Assembly: GCA_904377855.1 (NCBI GenBank)
Contig: CAJFGS010000001.1
Location: 42,538 to 106,537 of the forward strand
From: Candidatus Avimonas merdigallinarum
GTDB taxonomy: Bacteria; Bacillota; Clostridia; Oscillospirales; Acutalibacteraceae
DNA length: 64,000 bases
Direction: 5' to 3'
Below the pieces are notes generated by a model. It saw only the letters and a program-made list of their open reading frames with translations. It searched no databases and was not told where the DNA came from. Positions within the stretch are counted from its first letter, which is position 1. The number at the start of each line of letters is the position of its first letter. Shown here piece after piece: positions 50,904 to 60,366 of this stretch. The position numbers and the translations under genes are program-made.

Positions 50904-51041
50904 CGGCTGAAAATGCGAGCGCGCCAGGCCGATGGTTCCAGCCATACCTGATATCATCATATCATCGTTTGACGGGACATCAAAAGAAAAAACGGGCGGC
51001 GTTTGTCCGCCTCTTTTTTCAATCCGGGAGGCGAAACGGTT

Positions 51042-52385
51042 GTGGAAAACAAGGACCGCTTTTTCCATTCGGTCACGCTGGATAAGGATTTGTGCGTAGG
51101 CTGCACCAACTGCATCAAGCGCTGCCCGACGCAGGCGATCCGTGTGCGGGACGGGAAGGCGCAGATTATTTCCGAGCGGTGTATCGACTGCGGGGAATGC
51201 GTGCGGGTCTGCCCGCACCATGCCAAAAAAGCCCGGCATGACAGCCTGGCCATGCTGAAGGATTTTTCCTATCGGATCGCGCTGCCCGCCCCTGCCCTTT
51301 ATGGGCAGTTCAACCATCTGGACGATATTGACTTTGTTCTCAACGGGCTGCGCGCCATGGGTTTTGACGATGTGTTCGAGGTGTCGCGCGGGGCGGAAAT
51401 CATCTCCGACGCGACCCGGCAGCTCCTTATGGACGGGAAACTGAAAAAGCCGGTAATCTCCTCTGCCTGCCCGGCAGTGGTGCGGTTAATCCGGGTGCGC
51501 TTCCCCGACTTGTGCGAGCATGTCCTGCCGCTGAAAGCGCCAATGGAAGTGGCGGCGATGCTGGCGCGGAAGGCCGCGGTGGAAAAAACCGGGCTGAAGC
51601 CGGAGGAAATCGGCATTTTCTTCCTCTCCCCCTGCGCGGCGAAGGTGACCGACGTGAAGGTACCCATCGGGGTAGAGCGCTCCAATGTGGACGGGGTGCT
51701 GGCCATCAGCGACATCTATCCCCGCCTGGTCAGTAAGATGAACAAGCTGGAAACGCTCGAACCCCTCGCCCATTCCGGGATTATCGGGGTGGGATGGTCG
51801 TCGATCGGCGGGGAAGCGGCCGGCCTACTCAATGAAAACCATCTGGCCGCGGACGGCATCGACAACGTGATCAAGGTGCTGGAGGAACTGGAGGACGAAA
51901 AGCTGCAGGAGCTGGATTTCATCGAATTAAACGCCTGCGCGGGGGGGTGCGTGGGCGGCATTTTCACAGCAGAAAACGGGTATGTTGCCCGGGCACGCAT
52001 CCAGCGGCTGCGGAAATACCTGCCGGTCTCCTGTTCCCGGCTGGAGGATGCGGGGAGCATGGATAGCCTGGAATGGACCCAGCCGCTGGAGTTTGCGCCG
52101 GTGATGAAGCTGGCAGAAAACGTGGAAGACGCCATGCGGCTGATGACGGAAATCGATGAAATCAGCGAACGGCTCCCTCAGCTGGACTGCGGTTCCTGCG
52201 GCGCGCCGACCTGCCGTGCGCTGGCGGAGGACATTGTGCGGGGCCTGGCCAGGGAAAACGACTGCATCTTCCGCATGCGGCAGCAGATCCAGGATATCGC
52301 CAATCAACTCTCCAGCATCGAAAACGGGCCCCCAGGCGAAGGATCGGTCCGCCGGACGGGGCCCGAAAACACAACCGGCGGCTGA
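51042..52385 (+). CDS. [FeFe]-hydrogenase-like protein, putative sensory type (2x[4Fe-4S] ferredoxin N-terminus, H-cluster domain with SACP variant, C-terminal Cx2Cx4Cx16C)
   Basis: CVGCTNCIKRCP and CIDCGECVRVCP ferredoxin motifs. H-domain motifs are L1 SSACP (canonical TSCCP), L2 SPCAAKxxD and L3 ELNACAGGCVGG. C-terminal CGSCGAPTC-x16-C. No PAS domain. Start uncertain (GTG 51042 after GGGAGG; the ORF track begins at TTG 51003). Confidence 0.75.
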   Translation: MENKDRFFHSVTLDKDLCVGCTNCIKRCPTQAIRVRDGKAQIISERCIDCGECVRVCPHHAKKARHDSLAMLKDFSYRIALPAPALYGQFNHLDDIDFVLNGLRAMGFDDVFEVSRGAEIISDATRQLLMDGKLKKPVISSACPAVVRLIRVRFPDLCEHVLPLKAPMEVAAMLARKAAVEKTGLKPEEIGIFFLSPCAAKVTDVKVPIGVERSNVDGVLAISDIYPRLVSKMNKLETLEPLAHSGIIGVGWSSIGGEAAGLLNENHLAADGIDNVIKVLEELEDEKLQELDFIELNACAGGCVGGIFTAENGYVARARIQRLRKYLPVSCSRLEDAGSMDSLEWTQPLEFAPVMKLAENVEDAMRLMTEIDEISERLPQLDCGSCGAPTCRALAEDIVRGLARENDCIFRMRQQIQDIANQLSSIENGPPGEGSVRRTGPENTTGG

Positions 52386-52456
52386 GCCTCTTTAAAAAGG
52401 CTGCGCCGGGAAAACGGGCATGACGAAAAAATGGGCATGCTGAAGGGGGAAAGCCA

Positions 52457-52798
52457 ATGACGGTGGAAGAGATGGCGCAGGCCATGCAGCTGGAAACCCT
52501 GGTGGAAGGAGACGGCGCCCGTGCGGTAACCGGCGGGTACTGCGGGGATCTGCTCAGCTGGGTGATGGGCCGGGCAAAAGAAGGGGACGCGTGGATCACC
52601 GTGATGGGCAATGTAAACGCTGTCGCGGTGGCTGTCCTTGCGGACACAGCCTGCATCCTGCTGGCAGAGGATTCCCCGCTGGACAACGACGCGCGGGAAC
52701 GGGCGGCCGTGCAGAAAGTAACCATTCTGCGCAGCGGGAAGGATGCCTATACCCTCGCGCTGGAACTGGGAAAGCTGCTTGAAAAACCACAGGGGTAA
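52457..52798 (+). CDS. DRTGG-domain protein (paralog 2)
   Basis: 113 aa; same domain architecture as the 50111 gene; GGGGGAAAG RBS. Confidence 0.7.
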   Translation: MTVEEMAQAMQLETLVEGDGARAVTGGYCGDLLSWVMGRAKEGDAWITVMGNVNAVAVAVLADTACILLAEDSPLDNDARERAAVQKVTILRSGKDAYTLALELGKLLEKPQG

Positions 52799-52838
52799 AA
52801 ACAGCCCCGTTTGGAATAATCCAGGAGGTTAATGAAGG

Positions 52839-53174
52839 ATGAACGACAGGAACGAAAAGGAAACGAAGCAACAGGGCGGGATCGTCTGGACCGAAGATCT
52901 CATTCGGGAGATGGCCCGCCATGGCTCCCTTCCCTCCCGGGAATGCACCAAGGAGGAGGAAGAGCAGTTCGTCGCGCTTTTGGACGAAGGAAAGCCGCTG
53001 CCGGAGACGGTCTATCGGAACCGGTCCGGCACACGTTTCTATAAAGTGGAAATCCCCGATCCCGAAACGCTCAAGCTCCGGCTGGAATCCCGCCGGACCC
53101 ACTACTTTCAGCTGGGCGTCTGGGCGTTGTGGGCCATCGCCATCCTGCTGGTGGCCCTGATTGTGAGAATGTAA
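52839..53174 (+). CDS. Small tail-anchored membrane protein (hypothetical)
   Basis: 111 aa; CCAGGAGG RBS 10 nt upstream; single C-terminal TM helix (LGVWALWAIAILLVALIV). Confidence 0.45.
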   Translation: MNDRNEKETKQQGGIVWTEDLIREMARHGSLPSRECTKEEEEQFVALLDEGKPLPETVYRNRSGTRFYKVEIPDPETLKLRLESRRTHYFQLGVWALWAIAILLVALIVRM

Positions 53175-53211
53175 GGCTGGCGGGATGCCGCCGGCATGGG
53201 AAAGGAGCGCG

Positions 53212-53955
53212 ATGCGGATGAAAATCCGGTATGACCTGCATATCCATTCCTGCCTGTCTCCCTGCGGCGATGCGGATATGACGCCGAACAATATCGTCAA
53301 TATGGCGCTGTTGGCCGGGCTGGAACTCATCGCGCTGACCGACCATAATTCCTGCAAAAACTGCCCCGCCTTCCTCCGCGCTGCGGAACGGGCGGGGCTT
53401 GTTGCCGTACCGGGAATGGAACTTTGCACGGCGGAGGAGTGCCATATTATCTGCCTATTCCCTGCGCTGGACGCGGCCATGGCGTTCGACCGCTTTATAG
53501 AGGCCGCGCTGCCGCCGGTGGAAAACCGGCCGGATATTTTCGGCGAACAGTGGATCCTGGACGAGGAGGACGCACTGACCGGCTCCTTCCCTCTTCTGCT
53601 GGCCACCGCTTCCTCCCTCAGCGTAGACGAAGTGGTCGGGACGGTGCGAGGATACGGCGGCGCCGCTTTCCCGGCCCACATCGATCGTCCTTCTTACAGC
53701 GTGACCGCGGCGCTCGGCGACATTCCCCCGGTGGGCTTCCGGGCAATTGAGGTGACGGCTGCCGGAGATGTGGCGGCGCTCGCCGCGCGGTATCCGGAGA
53801 TGCGCGGAAAGCCGGTTATATGGAATTCGGACGCCCATTATCTCGAACAGATCCAGGAAGCCGGGCCGTGGCTGGACCTGCCGGAAAACACCCCTGCCGC
53901 CCTAATTGCGGCGCTGAACGGGGACCTCCCCGCCGCCTGGGGCCGTGGGGAATAA
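53212..53955 (+). CDS. PHP-domain phosphoesterase
   Basis: HIHS...TDHNS metal-binding motifs of the PHP (polymerase/histidinol phosphatase) fold; ~248 aa. Confidence 0.8.
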   Translation: MRMKIRYDLHIHSCLSPCGDADMTPNNIVNMALLAGLELIALTDHNSCKNCPAFLRAAERAGLVAVPGMELCTAEECHIICLFPALDAAMAFDRFIEAALPPVENRPDIFGEQWILDEEDALTGSFPLLLATASSLSVDEVVGTVRGYGGAAFPAHIDRPSYSVTAALGDIPPVGFRAIEVTAAGDVAALAARYPEMRGKPVIWNSDAHYLEQIQEAGPWLDLPENTPAALIAALNGDLPAAWGRGE

Positions 53956-54285
53956 AGGCCGGAGCAGTCCGCAGCTGGAGGCACAGGTAGTGCTTCAGCG
54001 GGTACCACGCCAGAAATCGTTCCGTTCGTAAACCTAACTGCCGGCCAAGCGATAGCGTGCGCATCGAGGCCTTTTCTGCGTTGCAGGACTGCCGGTTCTA
54101 CCGATAAAAGACAAGAAACGCTTTAGCAACAGGTTTTCCCAAAGAGAAAACGCCGTAAAAAATTTCCCAGGAAAAAAGCCACTGCCGGGGATCCGGTTGA
54201 ACCGTTTACGGAGGCATGGGATGCTCGAATTCGCTGTTTCTCCGGAGATCAAACCGGCAGTATGACCTTCCAGGGCCTGCTCAAG

Positions 54286-55662
54286 CTACCGACCCACCGG
54301 CGGCCTTGAGTATCCCCGCCCTTCATTGTCCCCTTTCCAGCTTTCCAGCGCGCCGGCCAGCGCCGCCCGTTCATTGGGGAACCGCCCGTCGATCACCCCG
54401 TCCAGCAGGTACCGCAGCGCTTCCCCGACTGCCGGTCCCGACGGGATGCCGGCGGCCAGCACGTCCCGCCCGTTTACCGCCAGGTCACGAAGCCGGAAAC
54501 AGTCCTGCTGCGCCAAAACCGTTTGCAGCGTTCCTTCCAGCCCTGCCAAAAGCTCCAGGCGGGGCGGCTGGTAGAGGGGCGCCTGCGCAAGGGTATCCGC
54601 CCGCTTAATCTGAAGGAGCCGGCGGAAATCCTCCTCCCCTAACCGGTTGAGCCAACGGCGGACACAGCCCGGCTGATTGTCTATGGAAACGTCGTGATAT
54701 TTCACCAGGCGGACAATCCGTTTCCGAGTGTCCGTATCGAATTTCAGGCGGCGCAGCGCCTCGTCCGCCAGCCGCTCGCTCACCGCCGGGTGGCCATAAA
54801 AATGCCCTATTCCCGCCCCATCTTGCGTATAGGTGGACGGTTTGCCGCTGTCGTGGAACAGTACAGCGGCCCGCACCAAAAAATCCGACCCGGCAGACTC
54901 CAGCGCACGGAGGGTGTGTTCCCACACATCCCAGCAGTGATGGGGGTTACGCTGTTCAAATCCCCACATCGACCGGATTTCAGGCAGGAATACCCCAAAA
55001 ACCGGCGCAAATTCCCGCAGTATCCGCGGCGCATCCCGGCCGGTCAACAGCCGGCGGAATTCCACATTCACCCGCTCCGCCGCAATGAGATGCAGCCGCT
55101 CCCGCTCCTCCCGCATGGCGCGGGCGGTCGCTTCTTCAATGATAAAGCCATATGCGGCGGCAAAGCGCAGGCCTCGGAGGATCCGGAGCCCGTCCTCCTG
55201 AAAGCGGCGGCGCGCCTCCCCGACGCAGCGGATCCGCCCCGCGTCCAGGTCCGCACGCCCGCCGAACAGATCCACCAGCCCCCGGACGGGATGGTAAGCC
55301 ATGGCGTTGATGGTAAAATCCCGGCGGGCCAGGTCATCCTCCAGCCGCCGCACAAATTTTACCTGGTCGGGACGGCGGCCGTCGGTATACCCGGCCTCCA
55401 CCCGGTAAGTGGTCACCTCGCAGGCTTCCCCGTCCAGCAGCACCGTCACCGTCCCGTGCCGGGCCCCCGTTTCCAGCACCCGGCAATCTGCAAAGCAGCG
55501 GGCGGTTTCCTCCGGCAGGGCGGAGGTGGCGATATCCCAATCATGCGGCGTTCTTCCCAGCAGCGCGTCCCGGACGCAGCCGCCCACCGCATACGCTTCA
55601 TACCCCTGCTCTTCCAGGCGGGCTATCACCCGTCCCGCCTGAGCGCTGAATGGAAAATCCAT
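54286..55662 (-). CDS. cca: CCA tRNA nucleotidyltransferase (class II, with HD domain)
   Basis: GGCVRD...DWD polymerase-beta head, HD motif HDSGK in the C-terminal part. Confidence 0.85.
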   Translation of the reverse strand: MDFPFSAQAGRVIARLEEQGYEAYAVGGCVRDALLGRTPHDWDIATSALPEETARCFADCRVLETGARHGTVTVLLDGEACEVTTYRVEAGYTDGRRPDQVKFVRRLEDDLARRDFTINAMAYHPVRGLVDLFGGRADLDAGRIRCVGEARRRFQEDGLRILRGLRFAAAYGFIIEEATARAMREERERLHLIAAERVNVEFRRLLTGRDAPRILREFAPVFGVFLPEIRSMWGFEQRNPHHCWDVWEHTLRALESAGSDFLVRAAVLFHDSGKPSTYTQDGAGIGHFYGHPAVSERLADEALRRLKFDTDTRKRIVRLVKYHDVSIDNQPGCVRRWLNRLGEEDFRRLLQIKRADTLAQAPLYQPPRLELLAGLEGTLQTVLAQQDCFRLRDLAVNGRDVLAAGIPSGPAVGEALRYLLDGVIDGRFPNERAALAGALESWKGDNEGRGYSRPPVGR

Positions 55663-55692
55663 CTTTCCGCCTTCCTTTCCTGGTTGCCGGCC

Positions 55693-56649
55693 CTAATCAA
55701 ACAGCCGCAGCTGCGCCTCCCGGCAGGAAGCCGCGCGGCGGGGAACCACCCGATCCTCCGGCCCCGGCCAGCCGGTCAGCAGCGGGGAACGGGGATCGTG
55801 CCGCGCCCGGTTCCGCGCGGCGGCGGCCGGGGAGGCGGTGGCGTAGCAGTACAGACAGTCGTGGGTGCAGGTTTCGTACCCGCCGATATCCACGCTTTCC
55901 GCACAGCCGCAGCCCGGCCGCTGTCCCGGGTCCTTTTTGCCCTTCAGGGAAAAGCCGCCGAGCCGCCCGAGCCGCTGCGGATCGATGCAGGCGCCGGGAA
56001 GGATCCCCGTCCCCGCCCGATCCATTTCCTCACAGCAGGAGCGGAGCACCAGCCCGGCCTGCCCGGCGGCCTGGGAAAAGGCGGCGGCCAGTTCCCGCTG
56101 CTCCGCCGGGGTCACCGGCTGATCCGCCTGTCCGGCCGACCGTGCTTTCGCCTTGGGATAAAGGTCGAGGAAGCTGAAGACGCATTCGTCCGCCGCACCG
56201 GCCAATTCCTCCGCCATCTGAACAAAGCGTTCCCGGTGGAACCCCACCGTATACGCCTCATTGACAATCACCGGATCGTACCGCCATACCAGCCGCCCCG
56301 GGCCCCATTGCTCCGACAGCTGGCGGAATAAGCGGAGGAGGTCGGTTTTGGGCGGCAACCCCGGCTCCAAATCGGGGCCGTAGGGAGTGAGGGTGAACTG
56401 CAGATAATATGGCACGCCCCATTCCTCCAGCAAATCGAGCGCCGCCCGCCCCGGCCCGTCCAGCAGCGGGGCGGGGTTCTTGCTCCAGAACACCACCCCG
56501 TCCAGCGTCCCCGGTTCCAGCGGGACGCGGGAGAGGGCATGGGGCCGGTAGGGGCCGCGCACCAGCGCGTAGCCCTCCCGCAGCCGGTTCCAAAACCATT
56601 CCATATAAAACGCCGGCAGGTCGGTCCGCCGGGACGCACTGAGAATCAT
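55693..56649 (-). CDS. DUF1848-domain protein
   Basis: MILSASRRTDLPAFYMEWFWNRL is the characteristic DUF1848 N-terminus; Cys-rich C-terminus. Confidence 0.65.
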   Translation of the reverse strand: MILSASRRTDLPAFYMEWFWNRLREGYALVRGPYRPHALSRVPLEPGTLDGVVFWSKNPAPLLDGPGRAALDLLEEWGVPYYLQFTLTPYGPDLEPGLPPKTDLLRLFRQLSEQWGPGRLVWRYDPVIVNEAYTVGFHRERFVQMAEELAGAADECVFSFLDLYPKAKARSAGQADQPVTPAEQRELAAAFSQAAGQAGLVLRSCCEEMDRAGTGILPGACIDPQRLGRLGGFSLKGKKDPGQRPGCGCAESVDIGGYETCTHDCLYCYATASPAAAARNRARHDPRSPLLTGWPGPEDRVVPRRAASCREAQLRLFD

Positions 56650-56939
56650 CCGCTCGCCTCCCTATCTCTATCCATCGTCCTGCGGGATGGGGTTTCCCCC
56701 CTTCCGGGACGGAGGTCGGGGCTTTCCACCGGATTGCGGCGGCGTTTTCCCTGCTGGTGGTCTATACACGCCGCCGCGAGACAAATTTCTCCTCCCCTTC
56801 CGGGGCGGAAAGGCGCCCGCCAGGAAAGGGTCGGCCGGCACCGGAACGCGTCTTTGCCTCGATACGGGCTTCCGTCCCCCGTTTACCGGATTCCACGGTG
56901 CCGCCCCTTGCGCCGCCGGGCACGCCGTCCCCGCCGTTT

Positions 56940-57683
56940 TTAGGCCGAGTCGCGCAGCGCACGGATCCGCGCCTTGGCCTCCTCCCCCACCCGGCGGGAT
57001 TCCAGGATTTTCTGCAGTGACTTGCGGTAGGCCTCCCCGCGCAGCCCGCCGCCCGTCAAAAATGCCTCGGTCTGTTCCGGGAAGGCCGCATAGCACAGGG
57101 AAACCGCCCAGGCGACCGCCATCCACGCATAATATCCCGGATGGTCCACGCCGGAAAGCAGCGCGAGGGTTTCTTCCACGGTATCCGCGTCGATATAATA
57201 AGAAAGCCGCATCACCACGGCAAAACGCACGTCGAATTCCCGGTCGGAATGCCAATACGGCGCCAGGAAGGCCGCCACCGCCTCCCGGTTCCGGGCCGCG
57301 GCCTTCCACCCGGCGCAGAAGCTGTCGCATACCGACCAATTTTCGATGGCCGGCACAAAATCCGCCGTATACCGCAGCCGGTCGGCGAGCGGCATCGGCG
57401 CGCAGCCGATCACCATCCCCCGCAGCATCGTCTCCTCAAAATAGGGGGACGGTTCCGCCTGGGCGGCGGAGAGGTACCCCGCCCAGTCCCCCTTGGCAAC
57501 CCGCGCCGCCAGCCGGCGCAGGAGGGGAAGCCGCACCCCGAGGATGCCGTCCGTCCCCGGCAGGAGGGAAGACGAAAAACGGCGGTACGGTTCCTCGGCC
57601 CGCTCCATCAGCCAGGAGCGGACGGCCTGCGGAGCCACGGATTCCGGCCAACGGATGTCTGCTGCTTTCTTTTGTGCCACCAT
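56940..57683 (-). CDS. DNA alkylation repair protein (AlkD/AlkC-like HEAT-repeat glycosylase)
   Basis: 247 aa all-helical; similar to the DNA_alkylation (PF08713) family. Confidence 0.7.
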   Translation of the reverse strand: MVAQKKAADIRWPESVAPQAVRSWLMERAEEPYRRFSSSLLPGTDGILGVRLPLLRRLAARVAKGDWAGYLSAAQAEPSPYFEETMLRGMVIGCAPMPLADRLRYTADFVPAIENWSVCDSFCAGWKAAARNREAVAAFLAPYWHSDREFDVRFAVVMRLSYYIDADTVEETLALLSGVDHPGYYAWMAVAWAVSLCYAAFPEQTEAFLTGGGLRGEAYRKSLQKILESRRVGEEAKARIRALRDSA

Positions 57684-57770
57684 CGGCTTCCCTCCTCGTT
57701 GTGTCCCGGAGCCATCGGACGTTGCTCCGGCAATGCGTCTGCCTCCGGCAGCGCGCCGGCGATAACCCCG

Positions 57771-58826
57771 CTAATCCAGCAGATAGGTTTCAAAGCCGGA
57801 ACTGTACGTTATCCGGCCGTCGGGTTCCACCCACAGCGCTTCGGTACCCGGCAGGGATTCCACCAGCGCCTGTCCTTCCTCCACCGGCAGGCAGAACAGC
57901 GCCGTAGAGAGGGCGTCCGCCCGGCCGGAATCGCTGCAAAGCACGCTGACCGAAGACACATAGCGGGGCGGCATCCCGGTATCCGGGTCGATAATATGGG
58001 CGTACCGCACGCCGTCCACCTCGTAGTACCGCTGATAGTCCCCGCTGGTGACCAGCGCCAGCGTGCCGTCCATCTTTACCCGGGCCAGGAGCCGGTTGGG
58101 ATCGGCGGGATCCTGAACGCCCGCCACCCAGGGCTCGCCGTCCCCCTTGCCGCCGATGCAGCAAAGGTTGCCGCCCGCGTTAATCAGCGCGCCGGTCACG
58201 CCGTATTCCTCCGCCTTTTCCTCCATATGCCGGGCGGTCTGTTCCACCGCATATCCCTTGCCGACAGCCCCCACGTCGATTTGCAGCGCCGGATCCGCCA
58301 GGTAGATGGTGGACGCTTCCCGGTCAATCCGGATATCGTCCGGATCGATGTGCTGCATGGCGTCCTGCAGCTCCTCCGCGGAGGGGAGCGCGGCGGCGGA
58401 AGGGTCGGCGTTCCCCTGTTCGCGGTACCCGCTCCAGAGGGTCAGGACGCTGCCCATGGCCACATTCACCTTCCCGCCGGTCTGCTCCCCCACCCCCGCG
58501 GCCAGTTCCAGCAGGTCCAGGATCCGCGCGTCCACGGGCACCGGCGCCTGCGAGCCTATCCGGTTGACGGTGCAGAGGTTGTTCATCCCCTCGTATTCAT
58601 GGTAGATATCAAACAGGCGGTGGTATTCCTCCAATAGGGCGCAGGCCTCGTCCGCCCATTCGTCGAACGCCTGCCTGTTTCCCGCATAGGCCTTGAGGGT
58701 GATCACCGTATCAAAAAGGGAAGTAACCTGCATGGAATATTCCGCCGTCTGCCGCCCGCAGCCGGTCAGGACGATAGAGAACAAAAGCGCCGCCGCCAAA
58801 GCAGCGGACCGTATCCATCGTTTCAC
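57771..58826 (-). CDS. apbE: FAD:protein FMN transferase ApbE (lipoprotein)
   Basis: Signal plus lipobox (LTGCG); ApbE fold motifs (DVGAVGKGY, GALINAGGN). Confidence 0.85.
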   Translation of the reverse strand: MKRWIRSAALAAALLFSIVLTGCGRQTAEYSMQVTSLFDTVITLKAYAGNRQAFDEWADEACALLEEYHRLFDIYHEYEGMNNLCTVNRIGSQAPVPVDARILDLLELAAGVGEQTGGKVNVAMGSVLTLWSGYREQGNADPSAAALPSAEELQDAMQHIDPDDIRIDREASTIYLADPALQIDVGAVGKGYAVEQTARHMEEKAEEYGVTGALINAGGNLCCIGGKGDGEPWVAGVQDPADPNRLLARVKMDGTLALVTSGDYQRYYEVDGVRYAHIIDPDTGMPPRYVSSVSVLCSDSGRADALSTALFCLPVEEGQALVESLPGTEALWVEPDGRITYSSGFETYLLD

Positions 58827-58960
58827 CCGAAATCCTCCTTATTGCGGGGTCGCGCGGCCGGGGCCGCCTGCCCTTTAGTTTACCGCCTCTCTCCCCATCT
58901 GTCAATTTTTACAGACGGGCCGCCTTCCGCGCCGGGTGAAACTTTCCCCCGGGGACCCCC

Positions 58961-58989
58961 TTGTGATCCCATCCAAAAAACGATATAAT
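58961..58989 (+). promoter_or_regulatory. Sigma-A promoter TTGTGA-17-TATAAT for xpaC-telA operon
   Basis: TTGTGAtcccatccaaaaaacgaTATAAT, about 55 nt upstream of the xpaC ATG. Confidence 0.6.
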
Positions 58990-59042
58990 AAAAGGGAATT
59001 TCATCTTCAATGTCCGGTTTTGCCCTAACGGAGGAATAGAGT

Positions 59043-60317
59043 ATGGACGATCCTTTTCTCAATCTCGGGCGGGAAATCAACCGTACCGTCCAAAAGGTGT
59101 TGGATTCCAAGACTTTGGAAGATCTGGGTTCCACCATCCAGGATACTGTCCGGCGCACCACGCAGAAGGTGGCCGACACCGCGAAAAAGGCGGCGGACAG
59201 CGCCCAGTGGACGGCGGGGAATCCCCAGCCTCCGGCTGGCCACACCAGCGAGCCGCGCGGGGCGGAGCACGCCGGCGGAGCGCCCGCCGGGGAACCGAAG
59301 CCGTCCTATTCCTATTATCAGGCGGCTTCCCGGCCCGCTTCCTCCTATCCCGCCGCCGGCTATGCCTCGCCGCGCAAAACCCGGGCTCCGGGCCGGGCGT
59401 CCAGCGTGTGCATGATTGTCCTCGGCTTCCTCGGCGCGATCCCGCTGGGGATATTCGCCCTGATTTTCTGGCTCCTCGCGCTGCTGAACACCCTGCGCGC
59501 CCTGTTCCTGACGCCGGCGCTTGTGCTGACCGTCCTGGCCCTGGCCTTTGCGGTGCTGATTTTCGCCGGCTTTGCAAAATACCGGCGGAGCCAGCGCTTT
59601 GTCCAGTACCAGGCGGTGATCCAGGGGCGGAGCTTCTGCCCGGTTTCGGAATTTTCCGCTGCGACCGGCAGGGACGGCGCCTTTATTGTGAAGGACCTTT
59701 TGAAAATGGTGCGCGCCCGGATGTTCGCCGAAGGGTATTTTGACGCCGAAAAGACCTGCTTTTTCCTGGATTATGCGACCTTCCAGCAGTATCAGCAGAT
59801 GGAAGAGCGGCACCGGCAGCAGGCGGAGGAACAGCGCCGGCAAAAGGAGAAGCGGGACAGCGATCCGGAGCAGGCGGCCCTCCACCAGATGCGGACGGAG
59901 GGGAACGCCTACCTTACCAAAATCCGGGAAAGCAACGACGCCCTGCCGGAGGAGGATATCTCCCTCAAGCTGGACGCTTTGGAGGACATCACCGGGAAGA
60001 TTCTGGATTATGTGGAAAAGCATCCGGAAAAGCTGCCGCAGATCCGGAAGTTCCTCTGCTACTACCTGCCGACCACCCTCAAGCTGGTGGAAGCATACCG
60101 CGACCTGGAAAGGCAGCCTTCCTCCGCCGAAGGCGCGGCCGAAACCAAGGAGGAAATCCGGGAGGCTATTGGGAAAATCAACCTGGCGTTCCAGCAGCTT
60201 CTCAGCAATCTGATGCAGGACGATCTGCTGGACCTGTCCGCGGATATTTCCGCACTGGAAACCATGTTCGCCCAGGAGGGTCTGACCGGAAAGCCCCTGC
60301 GGCCCGGCGGGAAATAA
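59043..60317 (+). CDS. xpaC: 5-bromo-4-chloroindolyl phosphate hydrolysis protein XpaC-like membrane protein
   Basis: Central TM hairpin, C-terminal XpaC-type helical domain; precedes telA as in Bacillus xpaC-yaaN. Confidence 0.65.
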   Translation: MDDPFLNLGREINRTVQKVLDSKTLEDLGSTIQDTVRRTTQKVADTAKKAADSAQWTAGNPQPPAGHTSEPRGAEHAGGAPAGEPKPSYSYYQAASRPASSYPAAGYASPRKTRAPGRASSVCMIVLGFLGAIPLGIFALIFWLLALLNTLRALFLTPALVLTVLALAFAVLIFAGFAKYRRSQRFVQYQAVIQGRSFCPVSEFSAATGRDGAFIVKDLLKMVRARMFAEGYFDAEKTCFFLDYATFQQYQQMEERHRQQAEEQRRQKEKRDSDPEQAALHQMRTEGNAYLTKIRESNDALPEEDISLKLDALEDITGKILDYVEKHPEKLPQIRKFLCYYLPTTLKLVEAYRDLERQPSSAEGAAETKEEIREAIGKINLAFQQLLSNLMQDDLLDLSADISALETMFAQEGLTGKPLRPGGK

Positions 60318-60366
60318 GGCCATCGCTTTTTCATAGGATGGCACGAAATAAAAGGAGGAATCCATA

